This document shows positions 19,793 to 29,676 of a stretch of 64,000 bases of DNA, one piece after another (the stretch's first letter is position 1; every line of letters starts with the position of its first letter). This DNA is from Spirochaetia bacterium (GTDB lineage Bacteria; Spirochaetota; Spirochaetia; DSM-2461): the NCBI GenBank assembly GCA_963668315.1, contig OY764216.1:2400001-2464000 (forward strand), in the 5' to 3' direction. A model generated the notes under the pieces. That model worked only from the letters and a program-made list of their open reading frames with translations. It did no database searches and had not been told where the DNA came from. The translations under genes were made by a program, and so were the position numbers.

Positions 19793-21606
19793 GCCGATAC
19801 CTCCCCTTCCGCCGGAAGGGGCAGACTGAATTCAAAGGCGATGCCCCCTCCCGTTTCCTTTTTCAGACTTATCCGGGCGTTCTCTCCGTAATAAAGCCTG
19901 ATCCGCATGACGGCATTGGATATGCCTATGCCCCTGTCCTTTTCGTCGGTACCCATAGGATCAGCCAGAATCCCTTCTATCCTGTCCATCCCTGCCTCCT
20001 CCATTCCCCGGCCGTTATCGGAAATTTCCAGAAGAAGCTTCTCTTCGCTCTTCGTGCCGGTTATGCGGATCATCCCGCCCTTTTCGTACCCTCCGAAACC
20101 GTGGATGATGGAATTCTCCACAAAGGGCTGGAGCATCAGTTTGCAGCAGGGCCAGTCCAGAACGGACCAGTCGACATCAATGGAATAATCAAACAGCTCC
20201 CCATGGCGGTTCTTCTGAAGGAAAAGATACTGTTCCACCCAGTCTATCTCATCCTTGAGAGTGACGTTCCGGTCATGGTAGAGGGAGTAACGGAGGATAT
20301 TGGACAGGTTTTTTATCTGGTGGGAAATCCTGAGGTTGCCCGACTCTATGGCATCGTAGTTGATGCAGTTGAGCGTATTGAGGAGGAAATGGGAATTGAT
20401 CTGGGAATCGAGGGCCTTTCTCTCGGCTTCCTGCTTCCTCTCCAGAGACTCAATGGCCTCCCGGTTGTACTCGTAGACTTTCCGGTTCATCTCCTTGAGG
20501 GAGGCTATCATGTTATTGTACTCTTCGGCCAGTTTCCATATCTCGTTCATTCCCTCTATGGGAATCTCACTGTCGAAGTTCCCCGCCTTCAGTTTCCCGA
20601 TGGAGGAGGCGATTTCGTTCACCGGATGTTTTACGGCCCTGAAAAGCATGATCATGAAAATGGAGACGACGATAAAAATAAAGATATAGAACACCACGCC
20701 CCTGTAGTTTATCGCATTCATCTGGTGCAGGAGTTTTCCCTCGTCAATGGCAATATTCAGGGTCATCCCCGTGGATCCGGTGACTTCGCTGATCAGGGAG
20801 ATATCCTCCTGCTTTGTTATACTGACATTCGTGGACCAGCCGATAAGCTCCTTGTTGTTGTGGTATAGTATCTGATTGTTGCCGTCGGTTATAAAACCTT
20901 CCGCGATCGTCCGGCTCTCGGCATTGATGATATTCAGGGTGTCTTCAATGGCCCTGTTGTCAAAGGAGACGGATATGGCATAATCGGTCTCTTTGAAACT
21001 TTTCTCTCCCTTCAGGGGATAGATAATATGGATAAGCCCGATATCCCTGTGAATCGAGTGGCTGAGAGGGAGAGGGCTGATATAGTAGCGGGGGATGACC
21101 TCATCGGCCAGTATTCTCTGTATCTGGTTGTACCAGGATCGGAGGAGAACATTATCCGCCGAAGACCATAAATCATTCGTATCATAGCCCAGTCTGTCGT
21201 ATTGGTATACCAGGCCGTTCTGTGAAAGAATCCCCACGTCGACTATCCACTGGGAGTAGCGGCTGAGCAGGGTGAGGGAGTGGTCCAGATCCTGTTTGGC
21301 CACTTCGTGATCCGTTCCGGACGTGGTCTCGAAATGAACGATATTAGAAAACAGATCATCATTTATGGCTATCTCGGCCCCGATCTGGATGAAATCGTCA
21401 ATAATGTATTCGATGTTTTTATTTGTCGAGGAAAGAAGACTGTTCTCTATGGCATAAGTCCTTTCCTTTAAGTCGCTTACGTATTCGTTGCGCAAATAGA
21501 TCTGAAGCAGGAAAATCAGGAAGAAGACGGAGAGAGAAATGACGGCGATGGACGAATAGACGACTGAGGATCTGAAAAATGAAACAAATGATTTAATAAC
21601 TGACAT
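19789..21606 (-). CDS. Sensor histidine kinase (YesM/LytS-like)
   Basis: Two TMs, HAMP, SQINSHFLLNTL, LQPFVENSIIHG, DNGRG, GIGISN; start MSVIKS. Confidence 0.9.
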   Translation of the reverse strand: MSVIKSFVSFFRSSVVYSSIAVISLSVFFLIFLLQIYLRNEYVSDLKERTYAIENSLLSSTNKNIEYIIDDFIQIGAEIAINDDLFSNIVHFETTSGTDHEVAKQDLDHSLTLLSRYSQWIVDVGILSQNGLVYQYDRLGYDTNDLWSSADNVLLRSWYNQIQRILADEVIPRYYISPLPLSHSIHRDIGLIHIIYPLKGEKSFKETDYAISVSFDNRAIEDTLNIINAESRTIAEGFITDGNNQILYHNNKELIGWSTNVSITKQEDISLISEVTGSTGMTLNIAIDEGKLLHQMNAINYRGVVFYIFIFIVVSIFMIMLFRAVKHPVNEIASSIGKLKAGNFDSEIPIEGMNEIWKLAEEYNNMIASLKEMNRKVYEYNREAIESLERKQEAERKALDSQINSHFLLNTLNCINYDAIESGNLRISHQIKNLSNILRYSLYHDRNVTLKDEIDWVEQYLFLQKNRHGELFDYSIDVDWSVLDWPCCKLMLQPFVENSIIHGFGGYEKGGMIRITGTKSEEKLLLEISDNGRGMEEAGMDRIEGILADPMGTDEKDRGIGISNAVMRIRLYYGENARISLKKETGGGIAFEFSLPLPAEGEVSA

Positions 21607-21679
21607 TAATATCCCATTACAGAAAAGGATAAGGCGTAAATATCCATCGGTCAAGTTTTTGTTTGAAAGCCCTGATGGC

Positions 21680-22642
21680 TCAGCCGATGATATCCCTGAG
21701 TTTTTCAAGCATTTCCCTGATCTCATCGTCGTCATGATAGATATACTGATTGGTCAGGGGATGGACCTTGCGGGGACGATCCGGGCCGTCTCCGGTCCTC
21801 TCCTTCAGATGGTCCCTGTACTCCCGGGGGGAGCAGCCGCAGTTTTCGTAGAAAGCCTTGTTCATATATTTCCGGTCGGAGAATCCCGCCTCCATGCAGA
21901 TATCCAGTATCTTCAGATTGGTGCCGGCCATGAGCTTGATCGCCCTTTCGAAACGAAGATTGCTCAGGTACTCCTGGAAGGTGATATCGAAATGGCTGCG
22001 GAAAAAGTGGGAAAGGTAGGTGGGGGAAAGGTTCTCCCGGGAAGCCAGATCGGTCAGGGTGATCTTCTCCGCCAGGTTCTCGTTCAGATAATTGGTGATG
22101 CGGGTGAGACGGCTCTGCCTCTCCCTGTTTCTCAGAGACTCCTCCCTGTCGGTTACCTTGTAATCCGACTCCTTCAGCATCAGGGAAAAGAGGGTGAAGA
22201 TTTCCGACGCCACGGAAAGCTCAAAGCCGAAACCGCCCAGGAAATAGTCATGGGTCAGCCTGTAAAGGGCGGCGGTCAGCTGTTCTTTCCCTTCTCCGGT
22301 CATTCCGCCGAGAAGGGAGGTGGAGGTGAAGCAGATATTTTCGAAGCGGGGGAAGATCCTTCGGCAGATGTTCTGGGATATCTGGACGGAAAGGAGGGGG
22401 GAAGGGCCGGACAGACGCTTCAGACTGTGGGGTTCATGGGAATTGAAGTAGAGGAGGGAGCCCTTCGGAGCGGTGAATTCTCCCGATTTGCTTCTGATGA
22501 GGAGCTCCCCTCCCATGACATAGCAGAATTCCATATCCCTGTGAATATGGGTGGTTCTGTTGATCAGGTTGACGAAAAAAATATTGATATTGTCCACCCG
22601 GGGATATTTGACGATCTCGAACTCTTCCCCCTCTTTTTTCAC
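21680..22642 (-). CDS. AraC-family regulator with cupin domain
   Basis: HIHRDMEF cupin; LSPTYLSHFF, EAGFSD HTH; GTG start inferred from GGAGG. Confidence 0.88.
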   Translation of the reverse strand: MKKEGEEFEIVKYPRVDNINIFFVNLINRTTHIHRDMEFCYVMGGELLIRSKSGEFTAPKGSLLYFNSHEPHSLKRLSGPSPLLSVQISQNICRRIFPRFENICFTSTSLLGGMTGEGKEQLTAALYRLTHDYFLGGFGFELSVASEIFTLFSLMLKESDYKVTDREESLRNRERQSRLTRITNYLNENLAEKITLTDLASRENLSPTYLSHFFRSHFDITFQEYLSNLRFERAIKLMAGTNLKILDICMEAGFSDRKYMNKAFYENCGCSPREYRDHLKERTGDGPDRPRKVHPLTNQYIYHDDDEIREMLEKLRDIIG

Positions 22643-22792
22643 GGGAGCCTCCCGGCGGGAAATTTCCTGCCTATGACAAGATTGTCGTTTTTTTATCACA
22701 AAATCAACCCCCACGGATAATTTTATCGGGGGATAATTTACTGACAGGATCCTGAACCTGATGACAGGTATGATCCGGGAGGTATAAACGAT

Positions 22793-23824
22793 ATGTCAAG
22801 ATTCAAATATTCCGTGGGACCCTGGAATGTTCACAGCGGAGCCGACTCCTACGGTCCGGCGACTCGGAGTGAGATCGATTTTGAGGAAAAGATTAAAACC
22901 TTTGCAGAGATGGGTTTCAGTGCCGTTCAGTTCCATGATGATGACGCGGTTCCCAACATAAACGATCTGAACGAAGAGGAGATCAAGGAAGAGGCCCGTA
23001 AAGTAAAAGCCCTTCTGGACAAGTATGACCTCAAGGCGGAGTTCGTCGCTCCCCGTCTGTGGATGGACGGCCATACGGTGGAAGGGGGGTATATGTCCAC
23101 GTCCGCGGAGGACCGGGAGTACGCCATGTGGCGCTCCTACCGTTCCATCGATATCGCCCGGGAACTGGGGGCGGACAAAATCGTCCTGTGGCTCGCCCGG
23201 GAAGGAACCCTGTGCGCCGAGAGCAAAAGCCCTGTCTGGGCCACGAAGAAACTGGTGGAAGCCCTGGACCTGATGCTTGCCTATGACAGGGGAATCAAGA
23301 TCCTCATCGAACCCAAGCCCAACGAACCCATCGACAGGAGCATCTGCGGAACCATCGGCCACGTCATGGGAGTCTCCGCCGCCACTTCCGATCCTTCCCG
23401 TGTGGGGGGACTTCTGGAATCGGCCCATGCCATCCTTGCCGGACTGGATCCTTCCCACGAGATCGGCTTCGGCCTGGCCATGGGAAAGCTGTGGGGCGTC
23501 CACTTGAACGATCAGAACGGCATGAAATTCGACCAGGACAAATCCTTCGGCGTGGAGAATCTGCGACAGGCCTTCAATCAGATGAAGGTGCTTATGGAGA
23601 ATAACTACGGGTCTAACGGCGAGTATGTCGGCCTGGATGTGAAAGCCATGAGAACGACGACCGACAAGGACAGCTATAAGCATCTGGCCAACAGCCTGAA
23701 AATTGCCAGAATGCTGGAGAAAAAGGTGGAGAAGTTCGATTACGACTTTCAGAAAAAGTGCGTGGAAACCCGGGACTTTGAAGGCCTGGAGATGTACGTT
23801 CTGGAACTTCTGATGGGAGCGTGA
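22793..23824 (+). CDS. xylA: Xylose isomerase-family sugar isomerase
   Basis: FHDDD, WLAREG, EPKPNEP, ESAH, HLNDQ.G.KFDQD metal ligands; substrate not certain. Confidence 0.75.
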   Translation: MSRFKYSVGPWNVHSGADSYGPATRSEIDFEEKIKTFAEMGFSAVQFHDDDAVPNINDLNEEEIKEEARKVKALLDKYDLKAEFVAPRLWMDGHTVEGGYMSTSAEDREYAMWRSYRSIDIARELGADKIVLWLAREGTLCAESKSPVWATKKLVEALDLMLAYDRGIKILIEPKPNEPIDRSICGTIGHVMGVSAATSDPSRVGGLLESAHAILAGLDPSHEIGFGLAMGKLWGVHLNDQNGMKFDQDKSFGVENLRQAFNQMKVLMENNYGSNGEYVGLDVKAMRTTTDKDSYKHLANSLKIARMLEKKVEKFDYDFQKKCVETRDFEGLEMYVLELLMGA

Positions 23825-25008
23825 AGGTGAAAATTTCCGGAGCGGGATGCTGTCTCTACGATTACCTTTACAAAAACATATCCTTCTCCTCTCCCGGTTT
23901 TTCCCGGTTCCGCTCGCGGACGCCGGGAGACGGGGGAATCACGCCGGGGGAACTGGTCTTCGCGGAGGATCTCTCCCGGTACTCGGACAGGCCGGTCGAA
24001 TCCTGCCTCAAGGAACTGACCGGGGGAAACCGTCCCGACGCGGTGAACCTGGGCGGACCGGCCCTTGTGGCCATGATCCACGCCTCACAGATGCTTCCTC
24101 CCCGGTGGGATATCCGCTTCTACGCCAGCCTGGGCGGGGACCGGAGCTCCCGGGAGCTGGCGGAAGATCTGTCCCGCTTTCCCCTGACCCTTAAGGCCAC
24201 GGAGGCCCCGGAGCATCGGGTTCCCTCCACGGTGGTTCTCTCCGATCCCTCATGGCATGGGGGAGCGGGGGAGCGGACCTTCATCAATACGCTGGGGAGC
24301 GCCCTGGCCTTTTCTCCCGATCTCCTGGAGGGGGATTTTTTTGAAAGCGATATCTGTCTCTGGGGCGGTACGGCTCTGGTTCCCCCTCTTCATGACAGGC
24401 TGGGAGAACTGACGGCCGAAGCGAAGAGCAGGGGAGCCTTCAATATTGTCGGCACGGTTTATGACTTTCGGAATCAAAGGCAGGACCCGGACGGACGCTG
24501 GCCTCTGGGAAGGCGGGACAAGTCCGCCTATCCCGGAATCGATCTGTTGATAACCGATAGGGAGGAAGCCTTCAGGCTTTCGGGCAAAAGCTCGACGGAG
24601 GAAGCGGCGGAATACTTTCTCGATCAGGGCTGCGGCGCCTGTCTGATCACCAGGGGCAGGGATGATGTCTACGCCCGTACCGGTTCAAGGGGATTCTCTC
24701 CCCTGAAGGGAACGTCATACCGGGTAAGCGAATACGTGGACCGGGACCTCAAGGCCCACCCGGAGAAACGGGGCGACACCACCGGCTGCGGGGACAATTT
24801 CATGGGCGGCGTGCTTGTCTCCCTCGCCCGGCAGATGGAAGGGGGGAAGGAACAGGTCCTGGACCTGGAAGAGGCTGTCGTCGAAGGGGTGAGCGCCGGA
24901 GGATTCGCCCTCTATTCCATGGGCGGCGTCTTCCGCGAATCCTTTCCCGGTGAGAAGAAAAGGGAGATCGATGAGATCAAAAAACATTACAGAGAGCAGA
25001 TGGCATGA
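23821..25008 (+). CDS. PfkB-family carbohydrate kinase
   Basis: LGGPA, GERTF, ITRG, DTTGCGDNFMGG; GTGA overlap. Confidence 0.85.
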   Translation: MKVKISGAGCCLYDYLYKNISFSSPGFSRFRSRTPGDGGITPGELVFAEDLSRYSDRPVESCLKELTGGNRPDAVNLGGPALVAMIHASQMLPPRWDIRFYASLGGDRSSRELAEDLSRFPLTLKATEAPEHRVPSTVVLSDPSWHGGAGERTFINTLGSALAFSPDLLEGDFFESDICLWGGTALVPPLHDRLGELTAEAKSRGAFNIVGTVYDFRNQRQDPDGRWPLGRRDKSAYPGIDLLITDREEAFRLSGKSSTEEAAEYFLDQGCGACLITRGRDDVYARTGSRGFSPLKGTSYRVSEYVDRDLKAHPEKRGDTTGCGDNFMGGVLVSLARQMEGGKEQVLDLEEAVVEGVSAGGFALYSMGGVFRESFPGEKKREIDEIKKHYREQMA

Positions 25009-26219
25009 AGCGTGAAGTCCTGATTTTCGGGGCCGGCAATATCGGCCGGTCTTTTATTACCCCCGTGTTTCTTGATGCGGGCTATACGGTTTACCTTGCC
25101 GATATCAATGCCGCGCTGATAGCGGCCCTGGCGGAGAAGGGACAATACACCGTTCGGATCTGCTCCCGGGAGGGGGAGGAAGAGCGTATCGTGGAAGGCT
25201 ATCACCCCCTGGCTCTCGGAGACCGGGAGTCCCTGATACCCCTCTTGAAAAGAGTTCCCCTGGTCGTCACGTCCGTAGGACAGAGGGGGCTGGACGGCGT
25301 GGCCGCCCTTCTCGGCGAAATACTGCCGGACAGAAAGGATGAAAGGGGGCGGTTTCTTCCCCTGGATATGATACTGGCGGAAAATCTCAGAAACGCCTCC
25401 GACTACTGCCGAACGCGGATCCAGGCCTCTTTGCAGGGAATTTTTCCCATGGAAACCCATCTCGGTCTTGTCGAGACGAGTATCGGGAAGATGGTGCCCC
25501 TGCTGACCGAAGAGGACAGACTGCGCGATCCCCTGGGATTGAAGGCCGAACCTTACAACAATCTGATTCTGGACCGTGACGCTTTCGTGGGGCCCCTGCC
25601 TCTGTCTCCGTCAATCAGTCTGGTTTCACCCGTCAAAGCCTGGGTGGACCGCAAGCTGTTCATCCATAACCTGGGACATGCCGCCGCAGCCTATCTGGGG
25701 CGCAAGTACTTTCCCGGGGTTATCGGCATCGCTCCCCTTATGGAGCATGACTGGTTCGTCACCCTGGTGCGTGACGCCATGCTGGAGGGGGCGAATATCC
25801 TTATGCACGAGTATCCCGACGTTTTCATCCTCTCCGATCTGGTGCATCATATCTACGATCTGCTGGACCGCTTTGCCAATCCCGCTCTGGGTGACACGGT
25901 GCAGCGGGTGGGCCGGGATCTGATGCGCAAGCTGGGCCGCAATGACCGGGTCGTCGGAGCCATGAGGGCGGCCGCGGGAAAGGGGCTGCCCATCGGGGAC
26001 CTCTGCCTTGTCTATCTGGCCGCTCTGGAATTCGGGGAGACATCCGCCGAGGACCCGGACAGGGCACTCTACTCGCGGTATCGGGAAACGGGCCTGGAAA
26101 GCATCTACAGGGAAATCTCCTGCGGAGATGAGGGGCAGCCCGATGAACTGGATGGGATTATCCTGACCGGACTGCTCGGGGCGGCCGTATCCCGGGAGGA
26201 AAGCAAAAGAATTTCATAG
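25005..26219 (+). CDS. Mannitol-1-phosphate 5-dehydrogenase-family protein
   Basis: FGAGNIGRSFI, AEN, KMVP, RKLFIHNLGH, RFANPALGD.V.RVGRD..RKL. Confidence 0.85.
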   Translation: MKREVLIFGAGNIGRSFITPVFLDAGYTVYLADINAALIAALAEKGQYTVRICSREGEEERIVEGYHPLALGDRESLIPLLKRVPLVVTSVGQRGLDGVAALLGEILPDRKDERGRFLPLDMILAENLRNASDYCRTRIQASLQGIFPMETHLGLVETSIGKMVPLLTEEDRLRDPLGLKAEPYNNLILDRDAFVGPLPLSPSISLVSPVKAWVDRKLFIHNLGHAAAAYLGRKYFPGVIGIAPLMEHDWFVTLVRDAMLEGANILMHEYPDVFILSDLVHHIYDLLDRFANPALGDTVQRVGRDLMRKLGRNDRVVGAMRAAAGKGLPIGDLCLVYLAALEFGETSAEDPDRALYSRYRETGLESIYREISCGDEGQPDELDGIILTGLLGAAVSREESKRIS

Positions 26220-26297
26220 CCCGATAGCAAATATCCCTTTACAATATAAAATCGTCCCCTGAGGGGGGATTATGAAGACGTCAGGAAGGAGAGAAAA

Positions 26298-28667
26298 ATG
26301 CGTTTTACAGAAGGAGCCTACAGAGCGAGGACGGGGATCAGGCTGCACAGAGCCCATTCCCTGTTTCGTGCCGAAATCAGTCCGGACAGAGTGAGTGCCC
26401 TTGTGCCCTGCCGGGAAATCCGTTCTCTGGGAGATACCACCGAAGGGGTGAACCTGCATTATGTTTTTTCCTCTCCGGCGACCAACATGATCTCCGTCAG
26501 GGTTTTCCATTTCAACGGGGAACAGGATCGGGGTCCCCGCTTCTCCCTTCAGGGGGACGGCGTTTCCCTGGGGGTGAGGGAAGAGGATGATTCTATCACT
26601 GTAACAAGCGGAGAGCTGACCGCTGTCCTTTCCAAAAGGGGGGATTTTTCCTACGACTTCTATTACAGAGGGAAAAAACTGACCGGAGGAGGCAGGCAGG
26701 GAACGGCCTATGTCACCGATCTGGACTATGAGTGCGACCGCAAGGACGATATGGACGGCCGCCCGAAACCCTCATGCAAGACAGAGACCTATGTAAGGGA
26801 AACGCTGGAACTGGATGTGGGGGAGTATATTTACGGTTTCGGCGAACGGTTCACTCCCTTCGTGAAAAACGGCCAGTCCCTGGATATATGGAACCGGGAC
26901 GGCAATACGAGCTGCCACTTCGCCTATAAATCGATTCCCTTCTACCTTTCGAGCCGGAAATACGGGGTCCTGGTCAATACTCCCGCCCGGGTCGATTACG
27001 AGGTCGGCTCCCTTGATGTCCGCCATGTGGAGTTCAGCACGCCGGGAGAGTCCCTGGAGTATATCCTTATCGCCGGCGAGGACAACCGGGAAGTCCTGTC
27101 CCGCTACACCGGTCTGACCGGCCGTTCTGCCGTTCCCCCCGCCTGGACGTTCGGTCTCTGGCTGACCACGAGCTGGATACTCCGTACCGATGCAGAGAAG
27201 TCCGTCGAGTTCGTCAACGAAATGGAGAGATACGATATCCCCCTGGAAGTTTTTCACTTCGACGCCCGCTGGATGGACGATTTCAAATGCTGCGACTTCC
27301 GCTGGTCCGAACGCTACGGCGACGTCAAATCCCTTCTGAAGTTCATCCACGATAAGGGCGTGAAAGTCTGCATGTGGATCAATCCCTACATCAGCCAGGA
27401 ATCCCACCTCTTCGCCGAAGGACGGGACAAGGGGTTCCTGCTCAAGAGGCCCGACGGCGCCGTGTGGCAGACCGATACCTGGATGAGCGGCATCGGCATT
27501 GTGGATTTTACCAATCCGGAAGCCCGGGACTGGTACATCGGGCAGCTGGAAGCCCTGGTAGATCTGGGGGCGGACTGCTTTAAGACTGACTTCGGGGAGA
27601 AGATACCCACCGAAGTGGTCTGGCATGACGGCTCCGATCCGGCGAAGATGCACAATTACTATACCTATCTGTACAACAAAGCGGTTTATGAAATGCTTCT
27701 GAGGAAGAAGGGAGATGGCGATGCGGTGGTTTTCGCCCGTTCCGCCACCGTGGGGAACCAGCAGTTCCCCGTACACTGGGGCGGGGATAACGCCGCCTCT
27801 TTCGTGTCCATGGCGGAAACCCTGAGGGGCGGCCTCTCTTTCTGCCAGTCCGGATTCGGTTTCTGGGCCCATGATATCGGCGGGTTTTTCGGAAAGGCCA
27901 TACCCGACCTCTACAAGCGGTGGGTCGCTTTCGGGCTTCTTTCCACCCACAGCCGCCTCCATGGCAACGACAGCTACCGGGTCCCCTGGGTTTATGACGA
28001 GGAGAGCGTTGATGTGCTGCGCCATTTCGTCCGCCTCAAATATTCCCTCATGCCCTACCTTTACGCCGGGGCCGTGCGGGTGAACCGGGAGGGGATTCCC
28101 CTCATGCAGCCCATGATGCTTGTTTTTCCCGACGATCCGACCTGCCTGACCCTGGACCGGCAGTACATGCTGGGCGATGATCTGCTGGTCGCCCCTGTAT
28201 TCCGGGAAGACGGACAGGTCGAGTTCTATGTGCCCGAGGGGGAGTGGACCGATTTTCAGAGCGGAGAAGTCTTCTCCGGGCCCCGGTGGTTCAGCCGGAC
28301 TTATGATTACTTCGGCCTGCCCGTTCTGGTACGGCCCGGTGCGGTTCTTCCCGTGGGAGCCGGCAGGGATTCGGCCGATTACGACTATGCCGACGGAGTG
28401 TGTTTTCAGGTATACGGCCTGGACGGGGGATCTGGCCGGGAAAGCCGTCTCTACGACAGAACGGGCAGAGAAATCTGCTGCTTTACGGCATCCAGGACGG
28501 AGGAGGGCCTTACATTGACTCTGACCGGAGACGCACGGAACTGGACGGTCAGATTGATGGGGATCGCCGAACCGCCATCCGTGAGCGGGGCCGAAATCAA
28601 GAAAGAGGATGGATACTGTCTATTGATGCCTGATCGGAAAGAGATCGAAGTTACCCTTTCCTGTTAG
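26298..28667 (+). CDS. yicI: GH31 alpha-xylosidase (YicI-like)
   Basis: YGFGERFTPFVKNGQ, FGLWLTTS, FKTDFGE, VHWGGD, HDIGGF, HSRLHG. Confidence 0.85.
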   Translation: MRFTEGAYRARTGIRLHRAHSLFRAEISPDRVSALVPCREIRSLGDTTEGVNLHYVFSSPATNMISVRVFHFNGEQDRGPRFSLQGDGVSLGVREEDDSITVTSGELTAVLSKRGDFSYDFYYRGKKLTGGGRQGTAYVTDLDYECDRKDDMDGRPKPSCKTETYVRETLELDVGEYIYGFGERFTPFVKNGQSLDIWNRDGNTSCHFAYKSIPFYLSSRKYGVLVNTPARVDYEVGSLDVRHVEFSTPGESLEYILIAGEDNREVLSRYTGLTGRSAVPPAWTFGLWLTTSWILRTDAEKSVEFVNEMERYDIPLEVFHFDARWMDDFKCCDFRWSERYGDVKSLLKFIHDKGVKVCMWINPYISQESHLFAEGRDKGFLLKRPDGAVWQTDTWMSGIGIVDFTNPEARDWYIGQLEALVDLGADCFKTDFGEKIPTEVVWHDGSDPAKMHNYYTYLYNKAVYEMLLRKKGDGDAVVFARSATVGNQQFPVHWGGDNAASFVSMAETLRGGLSFCQSGFGFWAHDIGGFFGKAIPDLYKRWVAFGLLSTHSRLHGNDSYRVPWVYDEESVDVLRHFVRLKYSLMPYLYAGAVRVNREGIPLMQPMMLVFPDDPTCLTLDRQYMLGDDLLVAPVFREDGQVEFYVPEGEWTDFQSGEVFSGPRWFSRTYDYFGLPVLVRPGAVLPVGAGRDSADYDYADGVCFQVYGLDGGSGRESRLYDRTGREICCFTASRTEEGLTLTLTGDARNWTVRLMGIAEPPSVSGAEIKKEDGYCLLMPDRKEIEVTLSC

Positions 28668-28793
28668 GTCCAAACCGTTTCCAGAGCCGATATTCAGTTC
28701 AGCGATGTTGTGGCCGGCGCCGTCAGCGCTCTGGAGAAGGGTACGATAAAAGTCGTTCTTGTTCCTTCGCTTTTTTTAAGAGCGGGATCCTGA

Positions 28794-29555
28794 CTAAATG
28801 GCGGGCATGACATTCCCGCCGCAGACGGGAATATAGGCTCCCGAGATAAATCCGGCCAGATCTGAGGCGAGAAAGGCCGCCAGATTGGCAATGTCCTGAT
28901 CCGTTCCCCTGTGCTTCAGGGGGACGCTTTTCAGATATTCGCCGCTTTCTGCCAAGCCTTCTCTTCGTTCCCTGTCGCTTATCGTCCAACCCGGTGCGAT
29001 CTGGTTAACGGTGATTTGATGCTCCCCGATCTCCCTGGCGAGAACCCGCAGTACCCCGTCCATTCCGCGCTTCCCCGCGGCATAGGCCGACTGGGTGGGA
29101 GCGCATTGCATGGAACACTCCGTATTGATCCCGATGAAGCGACCTGCTCTCTTTTTAATCATGGGGGGAATGAACGTCTTTGCCAGAAGGACGCTCTGCA
29201 TGACGCAGGATTTGAACTGGCTTTCATAATCCTCCGGATCCTGATCGAGTACAGATTTCCAGTCGTATTGAACCACCGCATTATTGATGAGGATATCCGG
29301 ATCTCCCAGAATCGGACAGATCTCTGCCTTCATTTGCAGCACAGAGTTGAAGTCCGTAATATCCGCCTGCACCGCCAGGGCCGAGCGGCCCATTTGCTGA
29401 ATCTCCCCGGTCAATTTTTCCGCCTGTTCCCGGTTCCGGTGATAATGGACGGCCACGTCGGCTCCGCATTGAGCCATCGTCTTTGCCATGATCCTCCCCA
29501 GTTCCCCTGTGGCTCCGGTGATCAAGGCGACTTTTCCCTGTAAATTGATTTCCAT
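28794..29555 (-). CDS. SDR-family oxidoreductase
   Basis: TGATGELG, NNA, YAAGK, NQIAPG. Confidence 0.9.
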   Translation of the reverse strand: MEINLQGKVALITGATGELGRIMAKTMAQCGADVAVHYHRNREQAEKLTGEIQQMGRSALAVQADITDFNSVLQMKAEICPILGDPDILINNAVVQYDWKSVLDQDPEDYESQFKSCVMQSVLLAKTFIPPMIKKRAGRFIGINTECSMQCAPTQSAYAAGKRGMDGVLRVLAREIGEHQITVNQIAPGWTISDRERREGLAESGEYLKSVPLKHRGTDQDIANLAAFLASDLAGFISGAYIPVCGGNVMPAI

Positions 29556-29576
29556 ATCATCCTCCCCGTAAACAGA

Positions 29577-29608
29577 ACGCCGGCCGACTCAAAAATGGGC
29601 CGGCGTCT
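29577..29608. terminator. Hairpin between the esterase and SDR genes
   Basis: ACGCCGGCC...GGCCGGCGT. Confidence 0.5.
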
Positions 29609-29676
29609 TATTCTACCCCGGAGAGGAGAGACATACAATGGCGATGTCGTGAAAAGAAGGGGACGATTCCCGGGAA

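Noticed and set aside
14898..28667. Sulfoglycolysis locus (GH31 + isomerase + PfkB + dehydrogenase)
   Set aside because: GH31 motifs are WLDEAEPE and FKTDFGE rather than the sulfoquinovosidase WMADFGE type, and no YihS/YihT-like genes are present
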